This document shows positions 40,869 to 55,734 of a stretch of 64,000 bases of DNA, in pieces. Location: the NCBI GenBank assembly GCA_012295275.1, contig CM022670.1, positions 8,866,001 through 8,930,000 of the forward strand. Reading direction: 5' to 3'. The stretch is from Chrysomallon squamiferum (taxonomy: Eukaryota; Animalia; Mollusca). Position 1 is the stretch's first letter. The number at the start of each line of letters is the position of its first letter. The notes below the pieces were generated by a model. The model worked only from the letters and a program-made list of their open reading frames with translations. It made no database searches and had not been told where the DNA came from. A program made the position numbers and the translations under genes.

Positions 40869-41129
40869 GCAGCTACTCAAGCTGTGCTGGAAAATGTTGA
40901 TGCTTCTTTATCTTTCGTTTTCTTTTCTGTCTTCCCTCCAAATTGTGAGAAGCACCGCAGTCGATATTCACATATACAGGACTGTACGTGTCAGTGGTGT
41001 GGACAGAACCGTTATTGTGAAAATGACGAAGGCGGATGCTTCTGCTCGGCGTTAATCAATGACAGCGATTTTGTACACAGCGATACACACGTAACTGTCA
41101 AATCAGTGAAAAGAAAACAGTTTGGCTGC

Positions 41130-42050
41130 TTGACAATAGATGACAACAAAAAGACAGTATATGACAACAAGAAGACAATACATGACAACGACAAAACAAT
41201 ACATGACAGAAAAAAGATAATATATGACAACAGGTAGACAATATAAGACAATAAAAACACCTAATTTAATAACAAGAAAACAATTTATTACAGCAAAAAT
41301 ATATTATTTGACAGCAAGAAGATAATATATGACATCAGAAAGACAATACATGACATTAAGAAGACAATTTGACAGCAAAAGGATGTTATATGACAACAAA
41401 TAGACACGATATGACAGAAAGAAGACAATATATGACATCAAGATATTATATGACAGGAACAAGACAATACATGATAGCAAATAAGACATTATATGACAAT
41501 TCGAAGATAATATATGAGAGCAAAACAATATAAAACAGGAAAAAGACAATATATGAGAGAAAAAAGACATTATATGACAGGAACAAGACAATATATGATA
41601 GCAAAAAGACATTATATGACCATGTGAAGATAATATATGACAGCAAGACATTATAAAACAGGAAAAAGACAATATATGAAAAGAAAAAGAATTTATATGA
41701 CAGTAAGAAGAGAATATATGACAGCAAAAAAAAATTATATGCCAGGAAGAAGAATTATAAGACAACAAAAAAGCATTATATAACAGGATTAAGACAATAT
41801 ATGTCAGGAAAAAGACATTATATGACTATATGAATGCGATATATGATAGCAAGGTATTATATTAGGGGTAAAAGACAATATATGACAGAAAAAAGACATT
41901 ATAAGACAGGAAGAAGACAATATATGACAGTAAAAAGAAATTATTTGAGGGGAAGAAAACAATGTGTAACAGCAAGGCATTATATAACCGCAAAAAGACA
42001 ATACACGACAGAAAAAAAGAAAGAATATGAAAGCAAGAAGACAAAATGTG
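41130..42050. repeat. Degenerate minisatellite, unit about 21 bp (GACAGCAAAAAGACAATATAT-like)
   Basis: Recurrent ATATGACA...AAGAC units; a homologous array lies at 57930-58440. Confidence 0.9.
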
Positions 42051-43631
42051 ACGCTGTCACATTATTTGAAAAAAAAAAAAAATGATGTAAGAATATATTC
42101 TAAAGAATATAATACGTAACAATGGAACAGTTACTGTAATACGCATAGTACTGTAACGAAAGGACAATATATGATTAAAAGAGGAAACTATACGAAATAA
42201 AAATATGAAATATAACATTAAATTTTTTATTTCGTAACACTACTATAACTACTTTTATTACGTCTATTACTACTAATACCACTATATATTGTTTACTACT
42301 ACTACTACTCCTATATTGGACGAAACAGAAAAAACATATTAATACAGATGCTTGTAAATGTACAAAGGTTTTGTATCAATCAGACACAGACATGAAAGCA
42401 GACAAAAACATTGTTTTGTATTGCTTTGCACCATTAAGCAACCATAGACTTTTTTTTTCTATGAAGAAAGATGATTAGAATAAAAGTGCAATTTAAAAGA
42501 ACAAAGTGCTACGAAATCAGATCGATCCGAACACCAAAAAAGACAAAATAAGTTTACTTCGAAAAACAGTGACTTTATAGAATACGTCTTTTAAATAGAT
42601 AATGGCAAACTGATTTTTTTCTGAATTACTATCAAACATGAACTGCCTCAGTTATACATCTATGGAAGAGACTGATTAAACAAATGGGTGCATAGCTTTG
42701 TTGGCAAATCAGTTAAGTCTCTCTGTCATAACAGGTATCATCGATTAGATGCTTCGTCCTAGCTTTAACACAAATAACGTAAATGAAAAAATACAAAAAA
42801 CGTTTTGAAAACAGAAACGTCTTTTTTATTGGCAAGGTATTTAAATATACATCAATGCTATCGATTCTGGTGGCAAAATGAAAAGATTCTGCAGAAAGCA
42901 AACCTTTTCTTCCTTGTTTATATTTGCACTCGAAATTCATGTTTAATAGTGTAGTTTTGATAGCAGCTGATATATCTATGTTTATTTTCATATGTTATGT
43001 CTCAACCTCTTGTTATTTTTTCTCATACTCTTTTTATATGCATATTTTATATATATATATATATGTTTCAGTTAGTCCTTTTATTTATTTATTTATTTAT
43101 GTATTTTTAATTTTTTATTATTATTGTAATTGTTGTTATTATTATTATTTGCTATAATAAAGTAAACAAAGCGAATCTAAGCAATAAAAATAACATCTAA
43201 ATATAGATAGATAGAAATATAGATATATAGATATATAGATAGAGAACTACACATACACACCCCCAAAATATTCGTACTTATGCATGAACCCATGGAAAAT
43301 ACATATAAACATACAACACACACTGGCACATACCGTCATGCAACACATAAAAATGGACTCCATAACATTATTAATTAATACAATAACAAAGAGGGGCTTC
43401 TATTGTTTCCTATAACTTAAAGCTTTCTGTGCCCACAGTGCTCAGAAAAATGAGTTAACAGTCAACTCACCTACAGTTAATGGCATTTTATGTTAAGTGT
43501 GTGAAGTTTGGGATAAAATCAAGAATTTCTTTTCAGATTATAAGTTTATATATATATATAATTTTATTATCTGAGGTAGAATAAAATGAGGTAGAATAAT
43601 TATTAATGATTTAATTTCGTATAAAATGATG

Positions 43632-43670
<39 letters not shown>

Positions 43671-43686
43671 GCGACACACACATATA

Positions 43687-45091
43687 TACTGTCCCTAAAA
43701 AGAAACGCAAAATGGTTGATTTCTTAGATAACTATTGTAAACTGACATATATCTATGGTATAAACTATGAATATAATGACATTTGGTGATTCAAACATAT
43801 AGCTTTAGTTACAGTTGCCAAAAAGCAGGTAACACAAAATAAAGGCTATGATCGTGTTTATTAGCCAAAACGTCCCCGCATACAAACCACGTTACCAGTG
43901 CATGTGCACGTGTGGCACATGAAACTTGAATACGAGGGTTATAAAAATGCAATTTTTTCGAATACTTCGGTTCGTTATTTTTGTTCTGACCCAACATCAA
44001 ACAAATGCCATGATTGAGTGAACCGCAACGAAACAACGCCATCGGCCGTTTACAAGCTGGCGAATCCTTCTTGGCCGTAGCCCGGGTGTTCCATGTATCC
44101 CCAGGCACCATCTTGAGATTGTGGTATCAGTTCCTCCAACACCAAACCACACGTGACCGTCACAGATCAGGTAGACCATGTGTAACCACGGCAACCTCTA
44201 CTGCTTCAGCAATACCAGGTCTGTGGAGAATATCGGCTGAAATAGAGCGCAATCGTTTACGCGAGGCAGGTATTCGAGCCTGTAAGAAGAATAGTTTTGA
44301 CTCAACAACATCGTCGACTACAATGTTAGTGGTGTCAAGTGCACAGAGTCTGGCCTCAGTTACGATGGAAAACTGTCTGGTTTAGTGACGAAGCTCGATT
44401 TCTGCTTCGTTGAGCTGATGGAAGATGTCGAGTTTACAGATGTCATGCTGCATGTTTTGCTGCAAACTGCATACAGGAAGCTGACAGATTTGGCGGTGTT
44501 AGTGTGATGGTGTGGGCAGCAATCTCATACACTGGTAGGACCAACCTGGTTTACATCCAAGGCAACTTACCAGCACAGAGATATCGAGATGAAATTTTGC
44601 AGCCACATGTCACTCCAATTATGAATAATGGTAACACTGTATTCCAGGACGACAACGCAAGACCACATACAGCCAGACTCACAACAGCATACCTACACAA
44701 CAATAACATTCAGGTCCTGCCCTGGCCCTCTAAATCTCCGGACTTGAACCCTAAAGAGCATTTATGGGACAAGATAGATAGACAACTGAGACAGCAGCAA
44801 CTACAGCCACAGAATCGTGCTCAGTTGGCATTATTACTACAGACAGAGTGGGCCACCATTCCACAAGGTGTAATTCGTAATGTCATTACTGCCATGGGAA
44901 GGAGATGTCAGGCAGTTCTGGTCTCCCATGGTGGGCACACAAGGTATTAATGTTAATGTAATACCATCAGTACTAATGAATTGTGAAAGTGTGTGTAAAA
45001 TGTGCACATTCTGCTGCTTTCTGTTGATCCATTAGATAGGTATTCCCAATGTCAATAAAATCTACTTTTGCGTTTCTTTTTTGTTAGAGTA
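43687..45091 (+). mobile_element. Tc1 (DD34E) DNA transposon with both TIRs, inactive
   Basis: Imperfect TIRs TACTGTCCCTAAAAAGAAACGCAAAA and TTTTGCGTTTCTTTTTTGTTAGAGTA, each flanked by TA; encloses a transposase remnant. Confidence 0.92.
44005..44950 (+). pseudogene. Tc1 transposase pseudogene
   Basis: MP*LSEPQRNNAIGRLQAG HTH region, WFSDEARF, FQDDNARPH, WPSKSPDLNPKEHLW (34 residues between D and E), GGHTRY*; premature stops at 44011 and about 44411, plus frameshifts. Confidence 0.93.
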
Positions 45092-46172
45092 TATATCCAT
45101 ACATACATACATAGGTATATATATATACCCATACATACATGCATAAGAAAATATTATAATCGAATAGTGAATGATAAATTTAAAAAAGTAATCTATAATG
45201 AACAACAGCAACAACATCATCAACAACAACAACAACAAAATTCCTAATTTAATAAGGACATATAACTCCGGAAAAAAAAAAAATTAAATGTAATTAATTC
45301 ATCATTTCAATTATTCTTTTTATTCTCAGTTTATAACTTTATACCCTAATAATTAATATTTAATTTGTTTTTATAATATCCTCTCTAAAACAAACACATT
45401 TAATATCTCACGTTTTGCAAGCACAACAGAGGAAACAAAACTATACTGAGACAAATGCACGAATGAAAGAAACATGATCGTCTCGGTTTTCTGTATTCTT
45501 TTAATAATGTTTGTCCAGTTGTGTTTTATCCTTGCCGAGTTATTTCCCTTGTTACCCTTTTTTCTTTCTTTCTTCTGCGTACAAAATTATTCCATCGAGA
45601 TGCAGCACGAACAGAATTCATCTGAACCCACCCGGTTTATATCTGTAAATTAGGTATGTGATAGGTGTGTGGTTTGAAAATAAGAAAACAAAATAAACTG
45701 CAAGTACATTACTGTTACAACATTTTGATTTCACTTAAGAACGACGTGAAATTGTTTTTGACTTATTTGTGTGTAGAAGTGTTGTTGTGGTTGTTGTTGA
45801 TGATGATGTTTTATCAAATAATTCATTAGTCCCGCTTCTACCGGTGCTTCTGCTGCTGCAGCGATTACTACTACTACAGCTACTAAAATAAATGTAACTA
45901 CTACAATAATAACAACAAGAAACAAACAAACAAACCAAAAAAACAACAACAACAAAACAACATTTCGTCGCTTTCTAAAATATGACAGGTTCTATTTTTG
46001 CTTTTCACGACCAGAACACCTGCGAAATAGCGATGACGTCAACAACTGAAGAAACGTCACAGAAGCCATCTTAAGTTGCAGAAGAGTTTCGTTCGTAGAA
46101 ACTGGATTAATGGTAAGATTTTTATTTTTAATTCCATAACTACCAGTATGTCTATATGCAAACATGAGAGAG

Positions 46173-46279
<107 letters not shown>

Positions 46280-48308
46280 CCGTCTGTTATGGTTTTTTAT
46301 CATTTCGTCTCTCTCGTTTTGCAAAAAACAATTTATTACATTATAATTATATCACGAGTGCCACAAAGTAGTGTGAAAGATATGGCTAATATGACAGTTA
46401 GATATTTTTGTTGTAGTAGTTGTTACAGTTATTATTGTTATTCATGTTGTAACTTCCACCGATGTTGTTGTTATTATTCTTATTGTTATTAATTGTTATT
46501 AATTGTTGTTATTGACATAATTGTTATTACTATCATATTTGTTGTTGTTGTTGTTATTCTTCTTTTCTTCCTCTTCTTCTTCTTTTTATTATTATTATTA
46601 TACATGTGTATTCATGTCTGATCTAGAGTATATAGATTTCTGTTTATAGTATGTATTGTTTGCATACTTGTATGTGTATTTTTACAAAACAAAAATATTA
46701 TCTGTACAAAAATATATTTTATATATGCACAAAAATGATTTGCCAGGCATTGTTTTGTCAGTGGGAATTGATTTATGATGTTAAGACAAATAGCGAATGC
46801 AAAGTGCATGGACAGCATGAGTCTATTAACTTTAACCGTAATTAGATCGAGACTCTATTTTAATCAATATTTAAATAATAATAATAATAATATAAACAAC
46901 AACAACAATAATAATGTTAAGAAGAACAACAACATCAACATATATATATATATATATATACACGCTCGTTTATTTTCTAACTCACAGAAACACATTCTTA
47001 CTTTCATACATATATTTTTATTTTTAATAATAATAATAATAATATTAATATCAAGAAGAAGAAGAAGAAGAAGAAAAGAAGAAGTTGTAGTAGTAGTAGT
47101 AGTAGTAGTAGAAGTAATGAATAAATGAATGAAAGGAAGATGTGGTCTTGAATGAATTTTCCGTTCTGTAAAATGAACTCGTTATATCTGTTAAATTTAA
47201 TAGAAAATCTCATTATAGCAATACAAAAAAAAGTGATGATGATGATGATGAAGATAATAATAATAACAATAATTAGCAAATAAAAAATAAAAACAGTAAT
47301 ATAATAATAATTACAGAACTGTTGATAATGGCTAATCGAACCTTATTTATATCAGTATCGTCCTGTTTTCCTCTTCAAATCTCTAAATATTAATTAATAC
47401 AAAAGTTCATATAGCGTTTTAATCATTAGGTTGTTGCCGATTTGCACACTTAATTTCATTATGTTAATTAAATAACTGTGCCTTATATATATATATATAA
47501 AGACAAAAAAAAAAAATAATAATAATTATATAATATTCAAATTTTTAAAAAGTAAATAAATAAAAGAAAAAGAAAACAAAAGCATGAATGATGAATACAC
47601 TATCGTTTTCCCTGTATTTCTATTTATAATGACTTTCTGTCCTGCTCACAAAAAAAAAAAAAACAGGTCTTGGACAGAAAGCAAAACATTAATGTTCTAT
47701 CTTTCACAAGCATCTTATAACCAGATTTCTCCAAATCATCATTAGTCTAAATAGTTTGCACATTTTTTTACACCATTATTTGTCTTTGTTCACAACATTT
47801 TTTCTCTTTACGTAAGATACAGAAAAATTAGACAACTATTTCAGCTTAAAAAGGCACTTTTGAAACTTAATCATAAAAATGAGTCACATATTTCTCATAT
47901 TGATGGCTCAAGTGGGTTTCATTTTTTTCAAAACGTCTTAATCTTATGAAAGTAATACACAAGAGAATATTCATTTTCGCAATATTTCGTATGTAACATC
48001 TAGCTGCAGGTAATTATACAAGCGCTGTTTATTAAGATGCGCGACTGCATTTGTTAACTGATTAAAATTACGTAAAGTTAGTGTATACGAACACGAAGGC
48101 CCTGGTCTGTCTTTTAGCTAAGTTCACTTAACCAAGCAAAGACGTTTTGCTCTGACTCAGTCTTCGGTACAACCACAACATCGTGTATATTACGTCCTGT
48201 AACAAGTTCAATATTTTTTTGTGTTGCCGTTTATTCTGAGAACATAAACCTCTGATTTCACCTTGTATACATTAGAGCTCAATTCTGTTTCATAGTTACT
48301 GGAGTACA

Positions 48309-49306
48309 TTAATCTCTATAATCGTCATCATGATTAGTTAAGGAGAAATCTCCGTTAAAGGCTCTTTTCATGTGTCGAAAAGAAGTCATTATATCTGGAA
48401 GGACAATCAAACCTGCTGCAATAAATATAAATATAATACCAGTAGCGCCGACTGCCTGTGCAGAGGGTCTGTCGTCTTTCACGCTGATAAATTTCCTTAT
48501 TGTCTTTCCCAAAACTGTCGTGTCTACCGTCAGATTCCTCTTAATCTCATCAACTAACTGAGACACAGAATCTGGCTGTTCTGTGGCTGATTGACGACAG
48601 GAACATTTACAGACAGAAAAAACACTGGCCTGAGAATCAGTTGAAGTTATACTAGAGGAAACAGGTATTAACTGATTTGCAGATGAAGTAGGAACCGAAG
48701 TAGACAAAGGAGACATGATCGGAGACTGGGAATCTGTGGCGGTTGGAGTCGTGTTGATAACGTCAAAGGAACTGGATAAGCTTTCTGAGATGTCTATGCT
48801 GTTTCCCTGAACAGTTGTCTCTTCAGAAAATGTTTTCAGAGCATTCACGCTTGTGGATTCGACATCTAGTAATGAAGATGCGGAGATGTAATTATCTGAG
48901 GTTGGGACATCTTCGGAATACGTTACAGCCGTTGTCGAATAAGGTGTTGTGTCAAGAACGGTTGTTTGAACAATGGTGCCAGCGGACACATAGTTTGATG
49001 AAGATGTTTCGATGTCTTCACTCGAAGATGTTTCTAGTTGTGTGGAAGATGAAGAAAATGTTTCTGGCTGTGTCGTTAGATGTGAAAGTTCAGTTACGCT
49101 GGTGGATGTGATATCCGATTGTTGAGTAAAATCTGTGGCTGACATTTCACTTGAACTGACTGGTAAAGTAGAATCATTTTGTGTCTCACCGGAGGAGTCG
49201 AAAGAGCTTGTAGCTGATGAATACCAAGACGATGTAGACTCGAGTAAAAGAGAGTTCGGGACGTTGTAAATGGTTGAAACACTTGTGCTCTCTTCCTCTT
49301 TATTGA
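48309..49306 (-). CDS. FCGBP-N-domain membrane protein B, exon 4: longer Ser/Thr stalk, CxCxC, DDRPSA motif, TM, tail
   Basis: Acceptor TCTTTTCAG|TC (phase 1); 998 nt open to the TAA stop; C-terminal module nearly identical to gene A. Confidence 0.9.
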
Positions 49307-51619
49307 CTGAAAAGACAACAGCAAAATATAAATCAGATGTCAGTTTCAAATGGAACGAATTTTGTCAGTTCTATAAATGAATAATGATTATCAACTATAA
49401 TGTTACATAACGTATTATTATATGCACACTTGCATTAATTATCAAAGATCTAGTGACATAACAACAACATCGACATCGACATATCCAGTTTCATTCTTTT
49501 ATTGGTCATGACAATGATTTATATCATTTCGAAAATTGAAGTACGGTCGTCTCAAAGGCAAGTTTGAATCTAATATTTAGTCCTGGTTGCAAGGTACATA
49601 TACAAATATCTTAATTACAATAAGTGTAGCCCCTGCACTGTTCCCTCTCTTCCAATTATCAACCAAAAATATACAACTATCATCATTATCATAATCATTA
49701 GCAATAATAACAGTAGCATGAAGACCAAAAACAATTTTTAAAAAATCTAAATAAATATATAACTAAACATTATGAAATAACAGACATGGATACAAGAAAC
49801 AACAAACCAAGTGAAGTATACGGGAGATGAGAAACGTGTGTTTGCAGCTGTGAACAACGGATATAATGCAAAAAAAAAAAAAAAAAAAGATGGCCACTTC
49901 CACACAAGATAAAAATTAATAAAACAGTGTACAGGATTTCTATTAATATTACAGACCGGCTTGTTGGTGTTTCATTTCTCGGATGAAGTGAACATATACG
50001 TTTTTTCTTTAATGCATTTGCTTTGTTGCCATTGTTTGAGAGATTGTACGAAGGACGAACGTACAGAGAATCTTTGCCGGAATCAACCATGCTGCCCGGA
50101 TGTTCGCATGAAAAGAATCGTATTTAGCGTCTAAGTTTGAAAAATAACAACACTGCCACTTTGTTTGTTCTGTCGTCAGTCGATATTCGGGTTTACCTTA
50201 TTTCCAAGGAAGAAGTAACAAAACATAGTTTTCGAGCTTTTTAAGCAATATCTTTCGTATGCCTTTTGTTAGTCTGTTTATCTGTTCAACAGATACATTA
50301 TGCAAGTTTCCAAACTCAAGGGCAAAATGTTATTAAGTGCGTTAAACATGCGCGTAGTAAATTAATTAATCGAATATTTAAAAAGGTTAGGATTAAACAG
50401 TTCCCAAGGAAGTTTAGTGAATGATTTAATCTGTACTTTTATTGCAGTCAGGCGCAATCTGTTCTGATACACTGCGTTTTTCTCAGAATACACATTTCTT
50501 TGACAAACAGGACGTATCTTTTCTAAAGAAAACAATTATTTTTTTTTTTGTTATTATTCTTCTAGCTATTCTGATTTTTATAAATAATATCTGATCCAAG
50601 GTTTTCCAAGGTGCGTAAGAATAATCACTATAATGGTCGAACTGTTTTTCTTTTAATTTGTTTTAAAGCTAAATTTGCTGCCTCAAATTCCATTTTCTAA
50701 TTAATGTCTCACAAAGAACAGTTCATTTGTTCCAGTCATCGGTGATTCTTACCGAACTTTGGAAAAAACAATTCTAATTTTGATTCTCTGACAATGGTGA
50801 AACAACGTGATGTGCCGCATGTTGCCTGTCACGACAAACATCGTACATGAAAAGATATATTGAAACAGTCACATAAATATAGACTTCTTGATGAATGGAT
50901 GGTGAACTTACTTCTCAGAATATAATTGTTGTCAGTAGAAGAATCAATTTGTTTTTGTTTTTAACGATACTTTTATACAATGTCTTCCAGCTATCTATCT
51001 ATCTATCTATCTATATATATATATATATATATATTAATCTTTTTTGTAGGTTTTCCTTTATTGTTTTCTTGTCCTAGGTGAGGAGAGCAGGTTCATAAAT
51101 TTTATATGATTGTCGATTTCAAGAACTGGACATTTTAGGAAATAATAGATACAATGATCTAGAACATACTGGGATAAAAAGTATCGTGTTCAATTAAAAA
51201 CTTGAGAATTATCATATTGCAGTACGCTTATTTGTCTCAAATGCTTCTGTCATCAATGCCTGTTTTTGGGGGGTTTTTTTACTTTTTTTTACCGATTTAT
51301 TTATTTTTTTTTTTTTTCATTTCAGTATGCTTCTGTCATCCATTCCTGTATTGTTTGGGGTATTTTATTATTATTTTTTTTTTTTTTTTATTTTTTAATG
51401 TTTTTTTTTTCTCACTTTTTTCGGAGTATTTTTTCATTTCCGTATTATAAACAACAAATCTCTTTTTTTTCTCAAATGATTGATACAGTTGTTTTTGAAA
51501 TTTTATTACACAGTTATTGGAAGAAATGATTTTAATTAATGCAAAATACATTCAAAATTGATTTTGTGAACATATAATTAATCGTTTATATTCACAAAAT
51601 AGGTGCTCAGACAACTTAC

Positions 51620-52849
51620 CCAAGGCCATTCCTAGATGAAATCCGAAAGCAACAGCATCGTTCTCTCCGAAACTATACGCAATGACCCCGACAGGAACTG
51701 TGCTGTCGTTGTTAAGAGTTAAAGTCGCAGATGTCTGCTCCAAAGTCGCTACACCATAATTACAAAAACTTATATTAACAAACGCGTTGCGGACTTCACC
51801 GCTCAAATTGTTGATATCATCTCTGTGAACTAAAACAGCAACGTAAAACTTCATACTGATCTCTACGTTGAACAAATGGCTGACAAAGGCCTGGGACAAG
51901 AACTGGCCAGTGGATGGAACAACAGTCATGAAAGGATCTCCGATTTCAGCAGTACCACTAGCATCTTTTCCTTTGGCAATCAAAACCACTAGCACAGGTC
52001 TGTCAGAGGTCAGGCATAGCTGACCTGTTAGGTGTGTATCTATTTCTACAAAATCTCCTCTGCCGACAGAGTACGTCTTTCCGTCGCTCGTACTGATATT
52101 CGTGCTGTCGTTTCTGGCAACGACGCGATAAAATGAGCCAGAACCTCTTTCTGCTAAATCAAAGAGGACGAACGAATAGCCGTAATTCGCGGTCGACGGA
52201 ATCATTTCCTCCAACTTGTCGCATCCAGTCTTGTCCTCGGGGACCGAGGTGCACGTGTGGCCAACAACAACAGTGATTGGCTTGTTACTCATTATGATGG
52301 TTCCTGTCACATCGGCTTTACAGTATGTGCCAACCACGTGAAAGCGGTTAAGATCGAACGACAATTCAGCACCGTCTGTCAGTTCGTCATCACCACAGCT
52401 GCCAGAGTCAGACAGTTTTAACTGAAACCTCACAGTGGTTGAATCCTCTACAGCAGCAGCTGCTATCCACACTTCTCTGGACGTCGGGTACGAAACGACA
52501 ATATATTCAGTGGACAGAGCTTTAATCGGTATCACGTGGTAGCCGTCTGAAGATATCGTGTAGTAGTTAAGAGTAAAGACATTGACAGGAGACGATGCTT
52601 GGATGTACAACGTTTTGCTCTCCACTGTCTGGTCAGTGCTGTATCTGTAGTCGTTATCAGCAACCTGCACCTGATGTGATGTCCCAGCCGACACAAAGTA
52701 ACTGTCACTGCTTCCATCCATGTTGTTGTTAACTGTCACATTGGCGTCTGTTTCTGCTGAGATGAGGATTTGGAGACTACCTGTCCTGTAGAGGTTTTTG
52801 ACGAAGGTAACCAAGAACTCTGTACCCGAATAATCTACAGAGGTGAATC
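51620..52849 (-). CDS. FCGBP-N-domain membrane protein B, exon 3: IgGFc-binding protein N-terminal domain
   Basis: 1230-nt phase 1-1 exon, the same length as gene A exon 3; retains GHTC..VP....CD.LEE.IP. Confidence 0.9.
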
Positions 52850-53142
52850 CTGAAAAGATAGTATAAGTTCTTGTAAAAATGAATAAACCATCCAAGCATT
52901 TCATATTTATAATTAAGAAGAATCATCAGTTTTCAAGGTTTTTCCAAATATTACACAAGTATTACTATTACTGTTGTTGTTGTTGTTGCTGCTGTTACTA
53001 ATAGTTACTACTACTATTACCATACAATTACTACAGACTGTCTCTGTTGTTGTTAAAATATTGAGGAATTATTGAAAATTTTAGAATAAAATAATTTATA
53101 TATTATACACGCGCATGTACAAATATTACAGTAGCCCAATAC

Positions 53143-53251
<109 letters not shown>

Positions 53252-55734
53252 CAAGAGGAAAATTATTTAATTATATATTTATCAAATTCTCATTTTTACA
53301 AAAATTAAAATAAGAATGATGTATAATTCATTTATATATATATGTTACATTTAATGTATATAATCAGTTAATTTATAATATTAAAATTAAAACGCTACTC
53401 TGAAATGTTTCCTTGATAACAGCAAGGTTATTTTGAAATAAAATATTGACTGTTAATATAATAAGTCGATATGTCCTAGGTGATAAAATGAGACAAATTA
53501 GTATCAAAGAATAAATTAAACTTCATAGCAAGTTTTAACAGTACAAAACTAATATTAAGTTAACCAAAGATCCGAAGTAAAGAGTTATGCGTGAATGTGT
53601 GTATGTGTGTGCGTGCGTGAGTCTCACTGCAGATTCGAAGTAAAGAGTTATATATGTATGTGCGATCGTGTGTGTGTGTGTGTGTGTTGAAAGGAAATTA
53701 TACAGATCAAAACCATTAACCAATATGCTATGTTTTTCATCGTCATATTGACTTGTTTTGAAATAGCCACATGAAAATATGAAAATATAAACTGGCATCA
53801 GGAAATTATATACTATTACCAGAAACACTGATTAATTTTTCATTCTTTTTATGGAAATGTGTATTGTTTGCAAATGTCCTGCCATGACACTGTAATAACA
53901 GCTATTATGTCGGTGGTTTCGTGTTAAAACAGCGTGAAATACTAAATGTACAGATGATCGTATGATCTTATTACAGAGAATGAGACGACGATGACGATGA
54001 CGATGGTGATGGTGATGAGGTAATGATGATGCAAGCAAATAAATGAATAACATAAAGAAAATTTTAAACATATATCAAAAGATGTCCGCGTTTCGTTATA
54101 TAATTTTAAGATAATCACCAAAACAAAGAATGATTAATCATATTAGAAACAAAAACGTTATTTAAATCTATCTAGATAGATAGATAGATAGATACATATA
54201 GATATATAGATATTACATACATAAATACACACACACATACACACACACACACATAGAAATGAAAGAACATTATTGTCTAAAATTCTGTTTAAAGAATTAT
54301 AATTGCGGATGGATCCACGATGTTTAACAACGGGTACAGCAACACCGTGAATAATGTAACTACCACCGTTATACGGCAACGATAACGACAACAACCATAA
54401 TAAATGATAATAATAAAAAAAAAATAGTGTGAAATAAATATTATAAACTAATTACTAAATGATTAAATATGATGATTTTGATAATCACGATCATAGCAAC
54501 AACAACAACAACAATAATAATAATAATAGTGTCACCGTGTAATTCCGTTCTATCCGAATTATGACCGTCGCGTGACACGAGTCGAACCGACGCGATATTT
54601 ATGGCTGTCTCATGTTATTAACACTATTTACTTCAGACGTTATCACCACAACGAATCCTTTGAATCCGTGCCTCATTTCCACTTGTGACGGGGGGTAGCA
54701 TTACGAAATGCTGTTTTATTTTCATTAACTGATCGAAGGCTCAAGATTTAATTATACAAATGATTAACCATCTGTTAGAAAGAGTTCCTAAAGGAAGGGC
54801 AGATAATCACCGGTCTTTGTATGAAACGACACACAGATCACGAGAACGTTCGATGTTCGTTTTGTGCTGATCAGTCGAAATAAGCAAGTCAGGCTGACAC
54901 TAACATAGAAGCCTTAACATAAATAAAAAGGAATTCGATAAAATATATTCAACAGTACTAAAGTAATACAGCCCCCTTAATTAACACTTACTCGTGTAAT
55001 ATTAGCTTACAACCGTCAAACTCTGTAATCAATTTTAACATTAAACGATAAAGAAAGAAGTGTATAAATGTCGATCTTATGTCTGTTGAACAATTATTTA
55101 TATGGATCTTACAATATATATGTTTATATATTTAAATTTTATAAATTTTTAGACACATCATATTTTTATGATAATGTATATTCTATATATATATGAAATG
55201 TTATAAAATTTAGAAACGTTTTATTTCTGTTCTCAGATATTACTCATTAATTTTAATCTTGAACCGGAAAATGTAATTAGATACTCGACCGTACGTTAAA
55301 TCAAGTGAATGTTTTTATAGCCATTATTCATAAAAATTGTTATTCTTCGAATATAAATAGATACACTCGTTCTATTTGTTTATTTATTTAGTGAGTTATT
55401 GCAGTTATTATTTGTATTGTTATAGCTATTATTATTATTATTATTATTGTTGTTGTTGATGTTGTTGTTGTTATTATCGTCATCATCATCATCATCATTG
55501 CTCGTGCTAAGTAGTAACAGTTGTTGTAGTTGTTATAGTAACTGTATACAGAGAAGTAAATATAATATTAACCTAAAAACAATGTTGTTGTATTCCTTAA
55601 CAACCGCTATTGTTTATTTATGTCTGAGAGGAACTGGGTATATTAATTTTTAAAATTTAATAATGTTGATGTTTAGAATATGTATGGATAAAAAAACAAC
55701 AAAAAAAAAAAAAAAAAAACAACAACAACGAAAC

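Larger units (their letters stand above)
32270..42920. repeat. Tandem duplication unit A
   Basis: Colinear homology with 45520-59540 in exons and in non-coding blocks (32275/45527, 32625/46086, 34380/47320, 36140/49810, 40945/57720, 42660/59290). Boundaries are approximate. Confidence 0.9.

Noticed and set aside
41304-42085. Cys/His/Ile-rich ORFs (also 57785-58394)
   Set aside because: Translations of the 21-bp minisatellite.
52850-52904. N-terminal extensions of the long ORFs (MKCLDG..., and MKLTS... at 35681 and 49349)
   Set aside because: Intronic read-through upstream of clear splice acceptors; the real N-termini come from exons 1 and 2.
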